Source: Streptomycetaceae bacterium (GTDB taxonomy: Bacteria > Actinomycetota > Actinomycetes > Nanopelagicales > Nanopelagicaceae). From it: 44,242 bases of DNA. The stretch's first letter is position 1. Every line of letters starts with the position of its first letter. The position numbers were made by a program, and so were the translations under genes. Below, in pieces: positions 20,379 to 28,739 of this stretch. The notes below the pieces were generated by a model. The model made no database searches. It worked only from the letters and a program-made list of their open reading frames with translations, and was not told the origin of the DNA. Where the stretch lies: positions 1 through 44,242 of the forward strand of contig JAIXPU010000116.1 in the NCBI GenBank assembly GCA_027486075.1. Reading direction: 5' to 3'.

Positions 20379-21692
20379 TTAGACCTCCTTCGCAAAATCA
20401 GTGTCAATGCTCTCAAGAGCGGCAGATGTTGCTGCAGTGTGTGTTGCAGAATCTCTATGTTCATGTCGCCAGTTTTCAGGTAACAAGTGATCGAGCACAT
20501 CGTCAACAGTAACGGCGCCAAGCAAGCGATCGTTTGCATCTACAACAGGCAGTGAGAGCAAGTTGTAACTGGCTAAGTATGACGAAACTGCATGCAAAGA
20601 TGCGTCGGGATTAACGCCCTTTGTATTGGTATCCACGATCGAGCCGAGCAAAGTAGCCGGTGGCTCACGTAGTAAACGCTGATAATGGACCATTCCGATA
20701 AATCTGCCAGTTGGAGTTTCCAGCGGTTGGCGAGCGATGAATACTTGTGATGCCAGCGCTGGTGACTTCTCGCTCTGTCGTACTGCAGCAAGTGCATCCG
20801 CAACTGTGTAATCTGCTGACATCACGATTGGTTCGGTTGTCATCATTCCACCCGCTGAATAATCTTCATAGGTCATCAAACGAAGAACATCTTCAGCATC
20901 TTCTGGATCCATCAAACCAATTAACTCTTGTGCGCGCTCTTCGCCGATTTCACGGAGCAAGTCAGCTGCATCATCAGGATCCATCTCCTCGAGAACATCG
21001 GCTGCGCGCTCACCTTCAAGTTCTGCCAGGAGTGCCACGCGCTCTGATTCATCCATCTCTTCAATGACATCTGCAAGTCGCTCATCATCTAATGCACGAG
21101 CGACTTCAACGCGACGTTTTGGAGATAAATCTTGAATTACTGCAGCCAAGTCGGCAGCTCTTAAGTTACCTATTGTTGAAAGTAAATTAGAGACACCTTG
21201 ATTTGTTTCGTGTTGGGTAAAGCCGGTGACTTCTTCCCAAGCAACAGTTGATGTGGCACCTTTTCGTCGCAGCCCACGTCCCTTGCGCATGATGTGAACG
21301 CGGGTGATAAGCCAATCTCCGGTGCGATTTTGCTCCATCGCCATATCTTCAACAAGAACGGGCTGGCCATCTTCGACGAGTACGACTGAGCGATCCAATA
21401 GGTCGCCCAGTACCAACATCTCACCAGCACGAGGTTCAAAACGACGCATATTGAGAAGTCCGGTGATGACTACTGCTCCAGACTCAATCGAGGTCACGCG
21501 AGTGATGGGAACAAAGATGCGACGACGAAGTGGAACTTCAACGACCAAGCCGAGAATTCGTGGAGGTTGGTTATTAGAACGCAGCGTCGCGACAGAGTCG
21601 CGCACCTTGCCGACTGGATCACCATTGGGGTCAAAGACTGCCGTGCCTGCAAGACGGGCGAGAAATATGCGATTGATGTTATTTCCGCTCAT
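20379..21692 (-). CDS. MgtE intracellular N-domain/CBS protein with PRC-barrel-like N-terminus and no TM domain
   Basis: Acidic helical repeats (EEMDPDDAADLL), AGGMMTTE, LPVVD, GAVTVDDVLD; hydrophilic throughout. Confidence 0.88.
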   Translation of the reverse strand: MSGNNINRIFLARLAGTAVFDPNGDPVGKVRDSVATLRSNNQPPRILGLVVEVPLRRRIFVPITRVTSIESGAVVITGLLNMRRFEPRAGEMLVLGDLLDRSVVLVEDGQPVLVEDMAMEQNRTGDWLITRVHIMRKGRGLRRKGATSTVAWEEVTGFTQHETNQGVSNLLSTIGNLRAADLAAVIQDLSPKRRVEVARALDDERLADVIEEMDESERVALLAELEGERAADVLEEMDPDDAADLLREIGEERAQELIGLMDPEDAEDVLRLMTYEDYSAGGMMTTEPIVMSADYTVADALAAVRQSEKSPALASQVFIARQPLETPTGRFIGMVHYQRLLREPPATLLGSIVDTNTKGVNPDASLHAVSSYLASYNLLSLPVVDANDRLLGAVTVDDVLDHLLPENWRHEHRDSATHTAATSAALESIDTDFAKEV

Positions 21693-21733
21693 GGGGTAAG
21701 AGTAACGCGTGCACCATCGGCTAGGTTTGCCTT

Positions 21734-22648
21734 ATGTCCGTGCCCTCACGTAATGAATCAGTGCATAACCACACTGCTCTTCCCGCGCGGCCTGACCTAA
21801 TTCGCTTGATTATCGGAATTTTCGGTGTGGGCTCATCAGGTCCACTAATTGCACTGAGTGCGATGCCAGTGCCCACTTTGATTTTCTGGAGAAACCTAGG
21901 CGGCTCGCTCATCACCTTGCCCTTTGCGCTGCGCCACAAAGTAGATCGCACTGGTGCACAGTGGGCGGTATTGGCCGGCATCTTTCTATCTTTTCATTTC
22001 ATGGGCTTCTTCTTGGCGATGAGAATGACAAGTGTTGCCGCAGGTACTGCAATCGCAGCGCTGCAACCAATCTTTGCCGCGCTCTTCCTGAGATTTAGAG
22101 GTGGATTTATCCCAAATAAAGCATGGCTCGGGATGTTCCTTAGCTTCATGGGAGTTCTCGTAGTCACTGGCATTGATATTCAATTAGACCGACGTTCATT
22201 TCTTGGAGATTTAGCGGCACTACTTTCTGGCGCACTTGCTGCCGCATATATGTTGATCGGTTCACACGCACAAAAGACTTTACCGACAACAACCTACACA
22301 TCTATCTGTTATCTGACCTGTGCGCTCACAGCACTACCAATTACCTTGATTGCAGGGTATGAGCTTTTCTCTTTCTCAACAAGAGAGTGGGTCATTCTGC
22401 TGGGCTTGATTATTGGCGCTCAACTTCTTGGTCACACTATGTTTAACATTACGCTGAAGCGAGTCTCACCAGCCGTTGTCTCTCTCATTGTGTTTTTCGA
22501 AGTTCCTATCGCAGCGTTTCTGGCCTCTATCTTCGGAGTCGGAAAGCAACCTTCACCAAGTATCTACTTAGGAGTGCTGCTAATTCTGATTGGCTGTATC
22601 TTCTTTGTTACTCGCACAAAAACAGAGAATGTGATGACCATTGAATGA
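21734..22648 (+). CDS. DMT/EamA family transporter
   Basis: About 10 TM segments, TSVA, GDLAAL, QLLGH, FEVP. Confidence 0.85.
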   Translation: MSVPSRNESVHNHTALPARPDLIRLIIGIFGVGSSGPLIALSAMPVPTLIFWRNLGGSLITLPFALRHKVDRTGAQWAVLAGIFLSFHFMGFFLAMRMTSVAAGTAIAALQPIFAALFLRFRGGFIPNKAWLGMFLSFMGVLVVTGIDIQLDRRSFLGDLAALLSGALAAAYMLIGSHAQKTLPTTTYTSICYLTCALTALPITLIAGYELFSFSTREWVILLGLIIGAQLLGHTMFNITLKRVSPAVVSLIVFFEVPIAAFLASIFGVGKQPSPSIYLGVLLILIGCIFFVTRTKTENVMTIE

Positions 22649-23490
22649 TTGACCTACACACCCACACCACGGCAAGTGATGGAACAGATTCACCTTTCGC
22701 GCTCGTGAAAAAGGCGCTAGCGACAGGTGTCACAATTCTTGGTATCACTGACCATGATTCAACGGCTGGTTGGGCAGAGGCAATTACTGCACTTCAACCT
22801 CAGATTCAATTAGTGCTCGGCGCAGAAATTTCCTGTCTCACCACTGATGGAATTAGCGTGCACATGTTGGGGCTGCTCTTTGATGGTGAAGATGGGCAGA
22901 TTCAACAGATGCTCTCTGATTCTCGCGACACTCGACTTCCGAGAATGCGAAAGATGGTCGCGCTCTTGCAGGCAGATGGCTTTGATATATCGCTCGAGGA
23001 TGTCTACCAAGCAGCTCCAGATCAAGCGACCATAGGACGCCCGCACCTAGCTGATGCGCTCGTTGCCAAGAAGATAGTGGCTACGCGCGATGAGGCATTT
23101 GCTGATTTACTTCATAACGAATCAAAGTACTACGTCACACATGCAGCCCCAACTCCTGCCGATGCGATTGCAACGATTAAAAGCGCTGGGGGAGTTGCCG
23201 TCATTGCTCACCCATTTGCATCACGCCGCGGTCAGATTCTTACAGCCGATTTATTTCAGGATTTGGTGGCTGCTGGACTCGATGGAATTGAAGTTCACCA
23301 TCGTGATCAAAACGCAGCAGAACAACAAGTGCTCACTGAAATCGCACGTGAGTTACATCTCGTCACCACCGGAGCAAGCGACTATCACGGAACCGGCAAA
23401 CTTAATTCAATGGCAGAGAACACCACGCATCCTGCACAATGGGAAGCCTTAGAAGCGCGCGCAAGTGCACGAAGGGTTGTAAAGTTATGA
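22645..23490 (+). CDS. PHP-domain metal-dependent phosphoesterase (YciV/TrpH-like)
   Basis: DLHTHTTASDG, ITDHD, GRPH, AHP, GASDYHG. Confidence 0.9.
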   Translation: MIDLHTHTTASDGTDSPFALVKKALATGVTILGITDHDSTAGWAEAITALQPQIQLVLGAEISCLTTDGISVHMLGLLFDGEDGQIQQMLSDSRDTRLPRMRKMVALLQADGFDISLEDVYQAAPDQATIGRPHLADALVAKKIVATRDEAFADLLHNESKYYVTHAAPTPADAIATIKSAGGVAVIAHPFASRRGQILTADLFQDLVAAGLDGIEVHHRDQNAAEQQVLTEIARELHLVTTGASDYHGTGKLNSMAENTTHPAQWEALEARASARRVVKL

Positions 23491-24098
23491 ATTCAACAGA
23501 TGCACTTACCTTTGCGGCTCAAGCATTTGTCACGCTCTTTGTCATTATGGATCCACCCGGAGCCACCCCAATATTTTTAGGACTTGTTAAAGATAAGACA
23601 CCTCGCGAACGCGTACGCCTTGCTTGGCAAGCAGCAGCTGTCTCACTCTTTGTGATTGCCAGCTTTGCCATCTTTGGACAGTTAATCCTTGATTACATGC
23701 ATGTATCCATTGAAGCGCTCCAAGCAGCAGGGGGACTTCTACTGCTCTACGTTGCACTGCAACTGCTTACCGGTGCATCTAAAGGCGGAGCTGATCAGAA
23801 GAGCGACAACATTGGAATGGTTCCACTAGGAACACCACTTCTGGCTGGCCCTGGCGCAATTGTGGCAACGATGATTTATGTGCAGCAGGCTGATACCAAT
23901 TCTCAAATCCTTGGGTTAGCACTTGCAATCATCGCGGTGCATTTGATTATCGGCACTGTGTTAATGGCTTCTACAAAGATTGTTGGCCTGATTAAAGAAT
24001 CTGGCGTGACTCTCCTTGCCAGTATTGCTGGTCTACTTCTGGCAGCGATTGCAGTGCAGATGCTTGCCAATGCAATAAAGGCTTTTGCAGCTAGCTAG
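23487..24098 (+). CDS. MarC family membrane protein
   Basis: LFVIMDPPG, AGGLLL, VPLGTPLLAGPGAI; ATG 23487 overlaps the PHP stop. Confidence 0.9.
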   Translation: MNSTDALTFAAQAFVTLFVIMDPPGATPIFLGLVKDKTPRERVRLAWQAAAVSLFVIASFAIFGQLILDYMHVSIEALQAAGGLLLLYVALQLLTGASKGGADQKSDNIGMVPLGTPLLAGPGAIVATMIYVQQADTNSQILGLALAIIAVHLIIGTVLMASTKIVGLIKESGVTLLASIAGLLLAAIAVQMLANAIKAFAAS

Positions 24099-25422
24099 AG
24101 ATTCTCTTAGTGCGCGTGCGCTCTCGCTTTACGCGAGGAGCGCTCTCTTGCTTGGCCGCAGCTGGTTTAGCAACCTTTGGAGCAACAGCAACTGCTGGTT
24201 TAGCTTTAACAATACGACCAGTTGAACCGGCCGGAATATTGAGCATCTCGTAGAGATGTTCGGAGGAAGAGTAAGTCTCGAGCGGCTCTGGTAGACCAAG
24301 AGCCAGCGCAGTATCAATCATCTTCCAACGAGCAAGCTCATCCCAATCAACAAATGTGACAGCAATTCCGTGAGCTCCAGCGCGCGCTGTACGTCCGATA
24401 CGGTGAACGTAGGTCTTCTCATCTTCTGGGCACTGGTAATTGATCACGTGGGTAATTCCATCGATATCAATTCCGCGCGCTGCTACATCAGTTGCAATAA
24501 GAACATCAGATTTACCAGCTTTGAAATCGTTAAGCGCCTTTTCACGGGCAGATTGACCGAGATCTCCGTGGATAGTCGCAGCTCTAAAGCCGCGCTCGGC
24601 TAGGTCATCAGAAGTCTTCTGGGCTGTGCGCTTGGTGCGGCAGAAGACAATCGTTGGGCCACGGCCATCGGCCTGCAAAATTCTTGCCAACATTTCAATC
24701 TTATCCATGGCGTGTGCACGAACCACATGTTGTTCAATACGAGAGACAACTGCACCTTCATCTTCATTATCTTGCGTGCGGATATGCACTGGTTGATTCA
24801 TGAAGCGGCGCGCTAAAGCGATAATGTCGCCAGGCATCGTGGCAGAGAAGAGCATGGTCTGTTGACGAGCAGGAGTACTTGTAAAAATTTTTTCCACATC
24901 AGGCAAAAAGCCCAGATCCAGCATTTCATCAGCTTCATCAAGCACAACGCGAGAGACATGCTTTAAGCGAAGTTGACCTTGGCGATAGAGGTCCAAAAGT
25001 CGACCTGGAGTTCCAACAACGATTTCAACGCCTGCTTGCAGCGCTTCAATCTGAGGTTCAAAGGCGCGACCACCGTAGACGGCAAGAGTTCGGATGCCAC
25101 GATTAAAGGAGAGCTCTTCAATATCTTTTGTTACCTGAACACAGAGTTCGCGCGTAGGAACAACGATAAGTACTTGTGGATCACCTTGGTTAGCTAAATC
25201 TTTCCAATCAGCATCGTTAGGTGCGATTACTCGCTCGATAACGGGGATACCAAAAGCCAGCGTCTTTCCAGTTCCAGTCTTCGCCTGACCGATGACATCT
25301 CCATCGGCTAACGCGATAGGCATGACCTGTTCTTGGATAGGAAAAGGTGAGGTAAATCCATGCTCATTGAGAGCGGCGATAGTTTCCTTACGAAGAGGAA
25401 GATCTGCGAATGTCAGACTCAC
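24091..25422 (-). CDS. DEAD-box RNA helicase
   Basis: AKTGTGKT, PTREL, TPGR, DEAD, SAT, HRIGRTAR. Confidence 0.95.
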   Translation of the reverse strand: MSLTFADLPLRKETIAALNEHGFTSPFPIQEQVMPIALADGDVIGQAKTGTGKTLAFGIPVIERVIAPNDADWKDLANQGDPQVLIVVPTRELCVQVTKDIEELSFNRGIRTLAVYGGRAFEPQIEALQAGVEIVVGTPGRLLDLYRQGQLRLKHVSRVVLDEADEMLDLGFLPDVEKIFTSTPARQQTMLFSATMPGDIIALARRFMNQPVHIRTQDNEDEGAVVSRIEQHVVRAHAMDKIEMLARILQADGRGPTIVFCRTKRTAQKTSDDLAERGFRAATIHGDLGQSAREKALNDFKAGKSDVLIATDVAARGIDIDGITHVINYQCPEDEKTYVHRIGRTARAGAHGIAVTFVDWDELARWKMIDTALALGLPEPLETYSSSEHLYEMLNIPAGSTGRIVKAKPAVAVAPKVAKPAAAKQESAPRVKRERTRTKRISS

Positions 25423-25674
25423 TTACACAACGCCGAAACCGACGCGACGTTCAGTTGGCTCGCCGATTTCGACATAACCAATCTTGTCTGCAGGAACGAT
25501 GATTTCGTGTCCCTGTACATCTTGAAGAGTGAGGGGAGTCTGCGCTGAAAGAGCGGCAGCAACGGCTGCCTTGATCTCTGCGGGGGTGGAAGGGCAATCA
25601 AAGTTGAGTTCGCTTCCTACATGCGTGATGGAGATACGAACTTTTGAAGCCTTTTCACTTTTCTTTGAACTCAT
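25423..25674 (-). CDS. DUF3107 family protein
   Basis: IIVPADKIGYVEIGEPTERRVGF; position between TetR and the helicase. Confidence 0.85.
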   Translation of the reverse strand: MSSKKSEKASKVRISITHVGSELNFDCPSTPAEIKAAVAAALSAQTPLTLQDVQGHEIIVPADKIGYVEIGEPTERRVGFGVV

Positions 25675-25690
25675 ATGCCTATCTTATTCG

Positions 25691-26326
25691 TTATGACTCT
25701 GTACGGGGAAATCCAGATATGCCTCGCCACATGAGGTTCTCGACAAGTTCCATCGCTTGTTGACGAGTTAGCTTGCTATCACGCTCAAGCCAGTGACGTG
25801 CTGTGACTTGGACATACCCGATTAACCCCACACCGAGCATCATCGCCGCCTCTTTTGGCAGGCCGGTGTCATTTGAAATGACACCACTCACAGCCGCAGC
25901 GCAGTCATATGTCATGCGATTGAGGCGTTCGCGAACTTGTGGCTCAACGTTCATATCGCTTTCGAAGAGCAATCTAAATGCTTCGCCCTCATTTTCAATA
26001 AAGTTAAAGTACGCCTCAATTGTTACGTGAACGCGTAGCTCATTATCAGGAGTAGAAGAGATAGCCTTTTGGATTTCAAAGACGAGCGAATCGATATGCA
26101 AATCCAAGACCGCTAGGTAGAGATCTAACTTTGAAGGAAAGTGCTGGTACAGAACGGGCTTGCTGACATTTGCGCGATCTGCAATCTCATCCATAGCGGC
26201 GGAGTGGTATCCAGCAGCGGTAAAGACTTCAAGGGCTGCCGACAAAAGAATTGCGCGGCGCTCATCGCGAGGGAGTCGAGATTTATCTGTTCGCGAACTG
26301 TTTGCAGAAACTGAATCTGTAGTCAT
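25691..26326 (-). CDS. TetR family regulator (Rv3208/FasR-like)
   Basis: RLPRDERR..LLSAA..F, MDEIADRANVSKPVLYQHF, WRGISGFP. ATG 26326 chosen from -10 spacing (26335 also possible). Confidence 0.9.
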   Translation of the reverse strand: MTTDSVSANSSRTDKSRLPRDERRAILLSAALEVFTAAGYHSAAMDEIADRANVSKPVLYQHFPSKLDLYLAVLDLHIDSLVFEIQKAISSTPDNELRVHVTIEAYFNFIENEGEAFRLLFESDMNVEPQVRERLNRMTYDCAAAVSGVISNDTGLPKEAAMMLGVGLIGYVQVTARHWLERDSKLTRQQAMELVENLMWRGISGFPRTES

Positions 26327-26382
26327 TGTGCGCATCGTATAAGAATTCGCATCGATTGGCACAGTACGGCAGAATTGGCGCC

Positions 26383-27564
26383 ATGAAGACCCCACCGCTA
26401 GTCACACCAGGCCCAGCCCTCTCTGTCGATGAAGTCCGTCGATATAGCCGCCACTTGATCATCCCTGATGTGGCGATGGCAGGACAACAGCGCATGATGA
26501 ATGCCAAGGTGCTCTGTGTTGGCGCTGGTGGATTGGGATCTCCAGCACTTATGTATTTAGCTGCTGCAGGAATCGGCACACTCGGGATTGTTGAGTTCGA
26601 TACTGTCGATGAATCAAATTTGCAACGTCAGATTATTCATGGCCAATCTGATATCGGAAAGAGCAAAGCGCAGAGCGCAAAAGAGAAAATTGCTGAAATC
26701 AATCCCTTTGTAAATGTCATCTTGCACGAAACACGTCTTGATAACTCAAATGTCATGGAGATATTCTCTCAATACGACATCATCGTTGACGGTACAGATA
26801 ACTTTGCAACTCGCTATCTAGTCAACGATGCCTGCGTACTTTTGAAGAAACCATATGTCTGGGGCTCCATCTATCGCTTTGATGGCCAAGCAAGTGTCTT
26901 CTGGGCAGAGTACGGCCCTTGCTACCGTTGCTTGTATCCAGAACCACCACCTCCCGGAATGGTGCCAAGTTGCGCCGAAGGTGGAGTACTCGGAGTTCTC
27001 TGCGCAACCATCGGATCAATTCAAACCACAGAGGCGATTAAGGTTTTAACTGGTGTTGGCGAACCTCTCATTGGCTCACTCATGGTCTATGACGCGCTCG
27101 ATATGACATTCCGCAAGATAAAGGTTCGTAAAGATCCGAACTGCCCACTGTGCAGCGAGAACCCACGTCAGACTGCGCTCTTGCCTGATTACGAAGCGTT
27201 CTGCGGCGTTCTCTCTGAGGCGGCTGCTGAGGCGAGTACCGGATCGACAATTACAGTACAAGAGTTGAAGTCAAAGATTGATGCCCTTGAAGATTATTAC
27301 TTGATTGATGTACGCGAACCAAGTGAGTTCGACATTGTGCGAATTCCAACTTCACACCTGATTCCAAAGCAAGGCTTTATCGATGGCTCAGTTCTGGCAA
27401 CTTTGCCGCAAGATAAGCCAATTATCTTGCATTGCAAGAGCGGTGTGCGATCAGCTGAGTGCTTGGCGATACTTAAGAGCGCAGGTTTCGCTGACGCCTC
27501 ACATGTATCGGGTGGCGTTGTAGCCTGGGCTAAACAGATTGATACATCTCTTCCGGTATATTGA
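26383..27564 (+). CDS. moeZ: Adenylyltransferase/sulfurtransferase (MoeB + rhodanese)
   Basis: RYSRH, GAGGLGSP, SNLQRQ, DGTDNF, CYRC, SCAEGG, DVRE, HCKSGVRS; ATG 26383. Confidence 0.93.
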   Translation: MKTPPLVTPGPALSVDEVRRYSRHLIIPDVAMAGQQRMMNAKVLCVGAGGLGSPALMYLAAAGIGTLGIVEFDTVDESNLQRQIIHGQSDIGKSKAQSAKEKIAEINPFVNVILHETRLDNSNVMEIFSQYDIIVDGTDNFATRYLVNDACVLLKKPYVWGSIYRFDGQASVFWAEYGPCYRCLYPEPPPPGMVPSCAEGGVLGVLCATIGSIQTTEAIKVLTGVGEPLIGSLMVYDALDMTFRKIKVRKDPNCPLCSENPRQTALLPDYEAFCGVLSEAAAEASTGSTITVQELKSKIDALEDYYLIDVREPSEFDIVRIPTSHLIPKQGFIDGSVLATLPQDKPIILHCKSGVRSAECLAILKSAGFADASHVSGGVVAWAKQIDTSLPVY

Positions 27565-28430
27565 TGCGCGATAGTTATCGAGGCTTTCGCGTTCTCTTAG
27601 TTCATGCTCATCCTGATGATGAGACCATCAATAACGGTGCAACGATGGCTATGTATGCAGCTCTTGGAGCATCAGTAACTCTAGTTACATGCACCCGCGG
27701 CGAAGAAGGCGAAGTTCTTATCCCTGAGCTTTCTCACCTAGCAGCGAACGCCACCGATTCATTGGGCCAACATCGCGTTACTGAACTAGCTCTTGCTATG
27801 AAAGAGCTAGGAGTTGCAGACCATCGCTTCCTCGGAGAAGGTGCAAAGCTATATCGAGATAGCGGAATGATGGGAACTGAACCAAATAACCGACCAGATG
27901 TGTTTTGGCAAGCAGATATTGAAGAGGCATCAGATCTACTAGTCCAGATCATCGATGAAGTGAAGCCACATGTGCTCATCACATATGACGAATTTGGAGG
28001 CTATGGACACCCAGACCATATCCAAGCTCACCGAGTGGCGATGCGCGCTGCTGAAAAGTCTGCGTGGGATATCCCAAAAATTTACTGGAATGTCATGCCA
28101 ATTTCAGTTATCCAAGAGGGCATTGATGCCATGAAAGGTATCGACTCTGATTTCTGGGGCGCTGAAAAAGCTGAAGATCTTCCCTTTGCTAAAGATGATT
28201 CATTTGTACATGCCCTCGTGGATGGAAATACCTACGTCGAAAAGAAGATGAGCGCCATGAAGGCGCATGCCACTCAGATTGCAGTAGATGGGCCATTTTT
28301 TGCACTCTCTAATAATGTCGGACTACAAGTCTGGGGTAACGAGTACTACACGCTAGTTAAGGGTGAGAAGAGCGGCCCCTTGAATGAAAAAGGCTACGAG
28401 AGCGATCTCTTCGCTGGAATTTTGCTGTGA
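27564..28430 (+). CDS. mshB: GlcNAc-Ins deacetylase (mycothiol biosynthesis)
   Basis: VHAHPDDE, TCTRGEEGE, DSGM, GGYGHPDH, AHATQI, FALSN; TGATG coupling with moeZ. Confidence 0.9.
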   Translation: MRDSYRGFRVLLVHAHPDDETINNGATMAMYAALGASVTLVTCTRGEEGEVLIPELSHLAANATDSLGQHRVTELALAMKELGVADHRFLGEGAKLYRDSGMMGTEPNNRPDVFWQADIEEASDLLVQIIDEVKPHVLITYDEFGGYGHPDHIQAHRVAMRAAEKSAWDIPKIYWNVMPISVIQEGIDAMKGIDSDFWGAEKAEDLPFAKDDSFVHALVDGNTYVEKKMSAMKAHATQIAVDGPFFALSNNVGLQVWGNEYYTLVKGEKSGPLNEKGYESDLFAGILL

Positions 28431-28738
28431 AATTTCTCTACGCGATTGCACTGGGCGCAGCAACTGCGCTCGGTGCAACGCTGATTCACCAAACTCTTCC
28501 ACCTTTCGGCGTTGCTCTAGGCATTTTTACAACGTACATCATGATCTGGTGGGTTGGTCGTTACTGCGGCAAACGTCGTTATCGCTTCTATGCCCTCGCT
28601 GCCTGGTTTCTTCTCATTATTCGCGCTGGATCTTTTGGTTCAGGCCAAGAACTTTTGATTCAAGGTGATAACGCAGGTAGCGCCCTACTGACGCTGGGAT
28701 TTCTTGCCGGCGTTGCTGCGCTATTTCGTAAGCTTTAG
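28427..28738 (+). CDS. Small membrane protein downstream of mshB (DUF6113-like)
   Basis: Four hydrophobic segments, GTGA overlap with the mshB stop; family inferred from position. Confidence 0.65.
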   Translation: MKFLYAIALGAATALGATLIHQTLPPFGVALGIFTTYIMIWWVGRYCGKRRYRFYALAAWFLLIIRAGSFGSGQELLIQGDNAGSALLTLGFLAGVAALFRKL

Positions 28739-28739
28739 T

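Noticed and set aside
20880-21160. Repetitive acidic pattern in the MgtE-like gene as a tandem repeat or array
   Set aside because: These are the normal helical repeats of the MgtE N-domain, with no DNA-level direct repeats.
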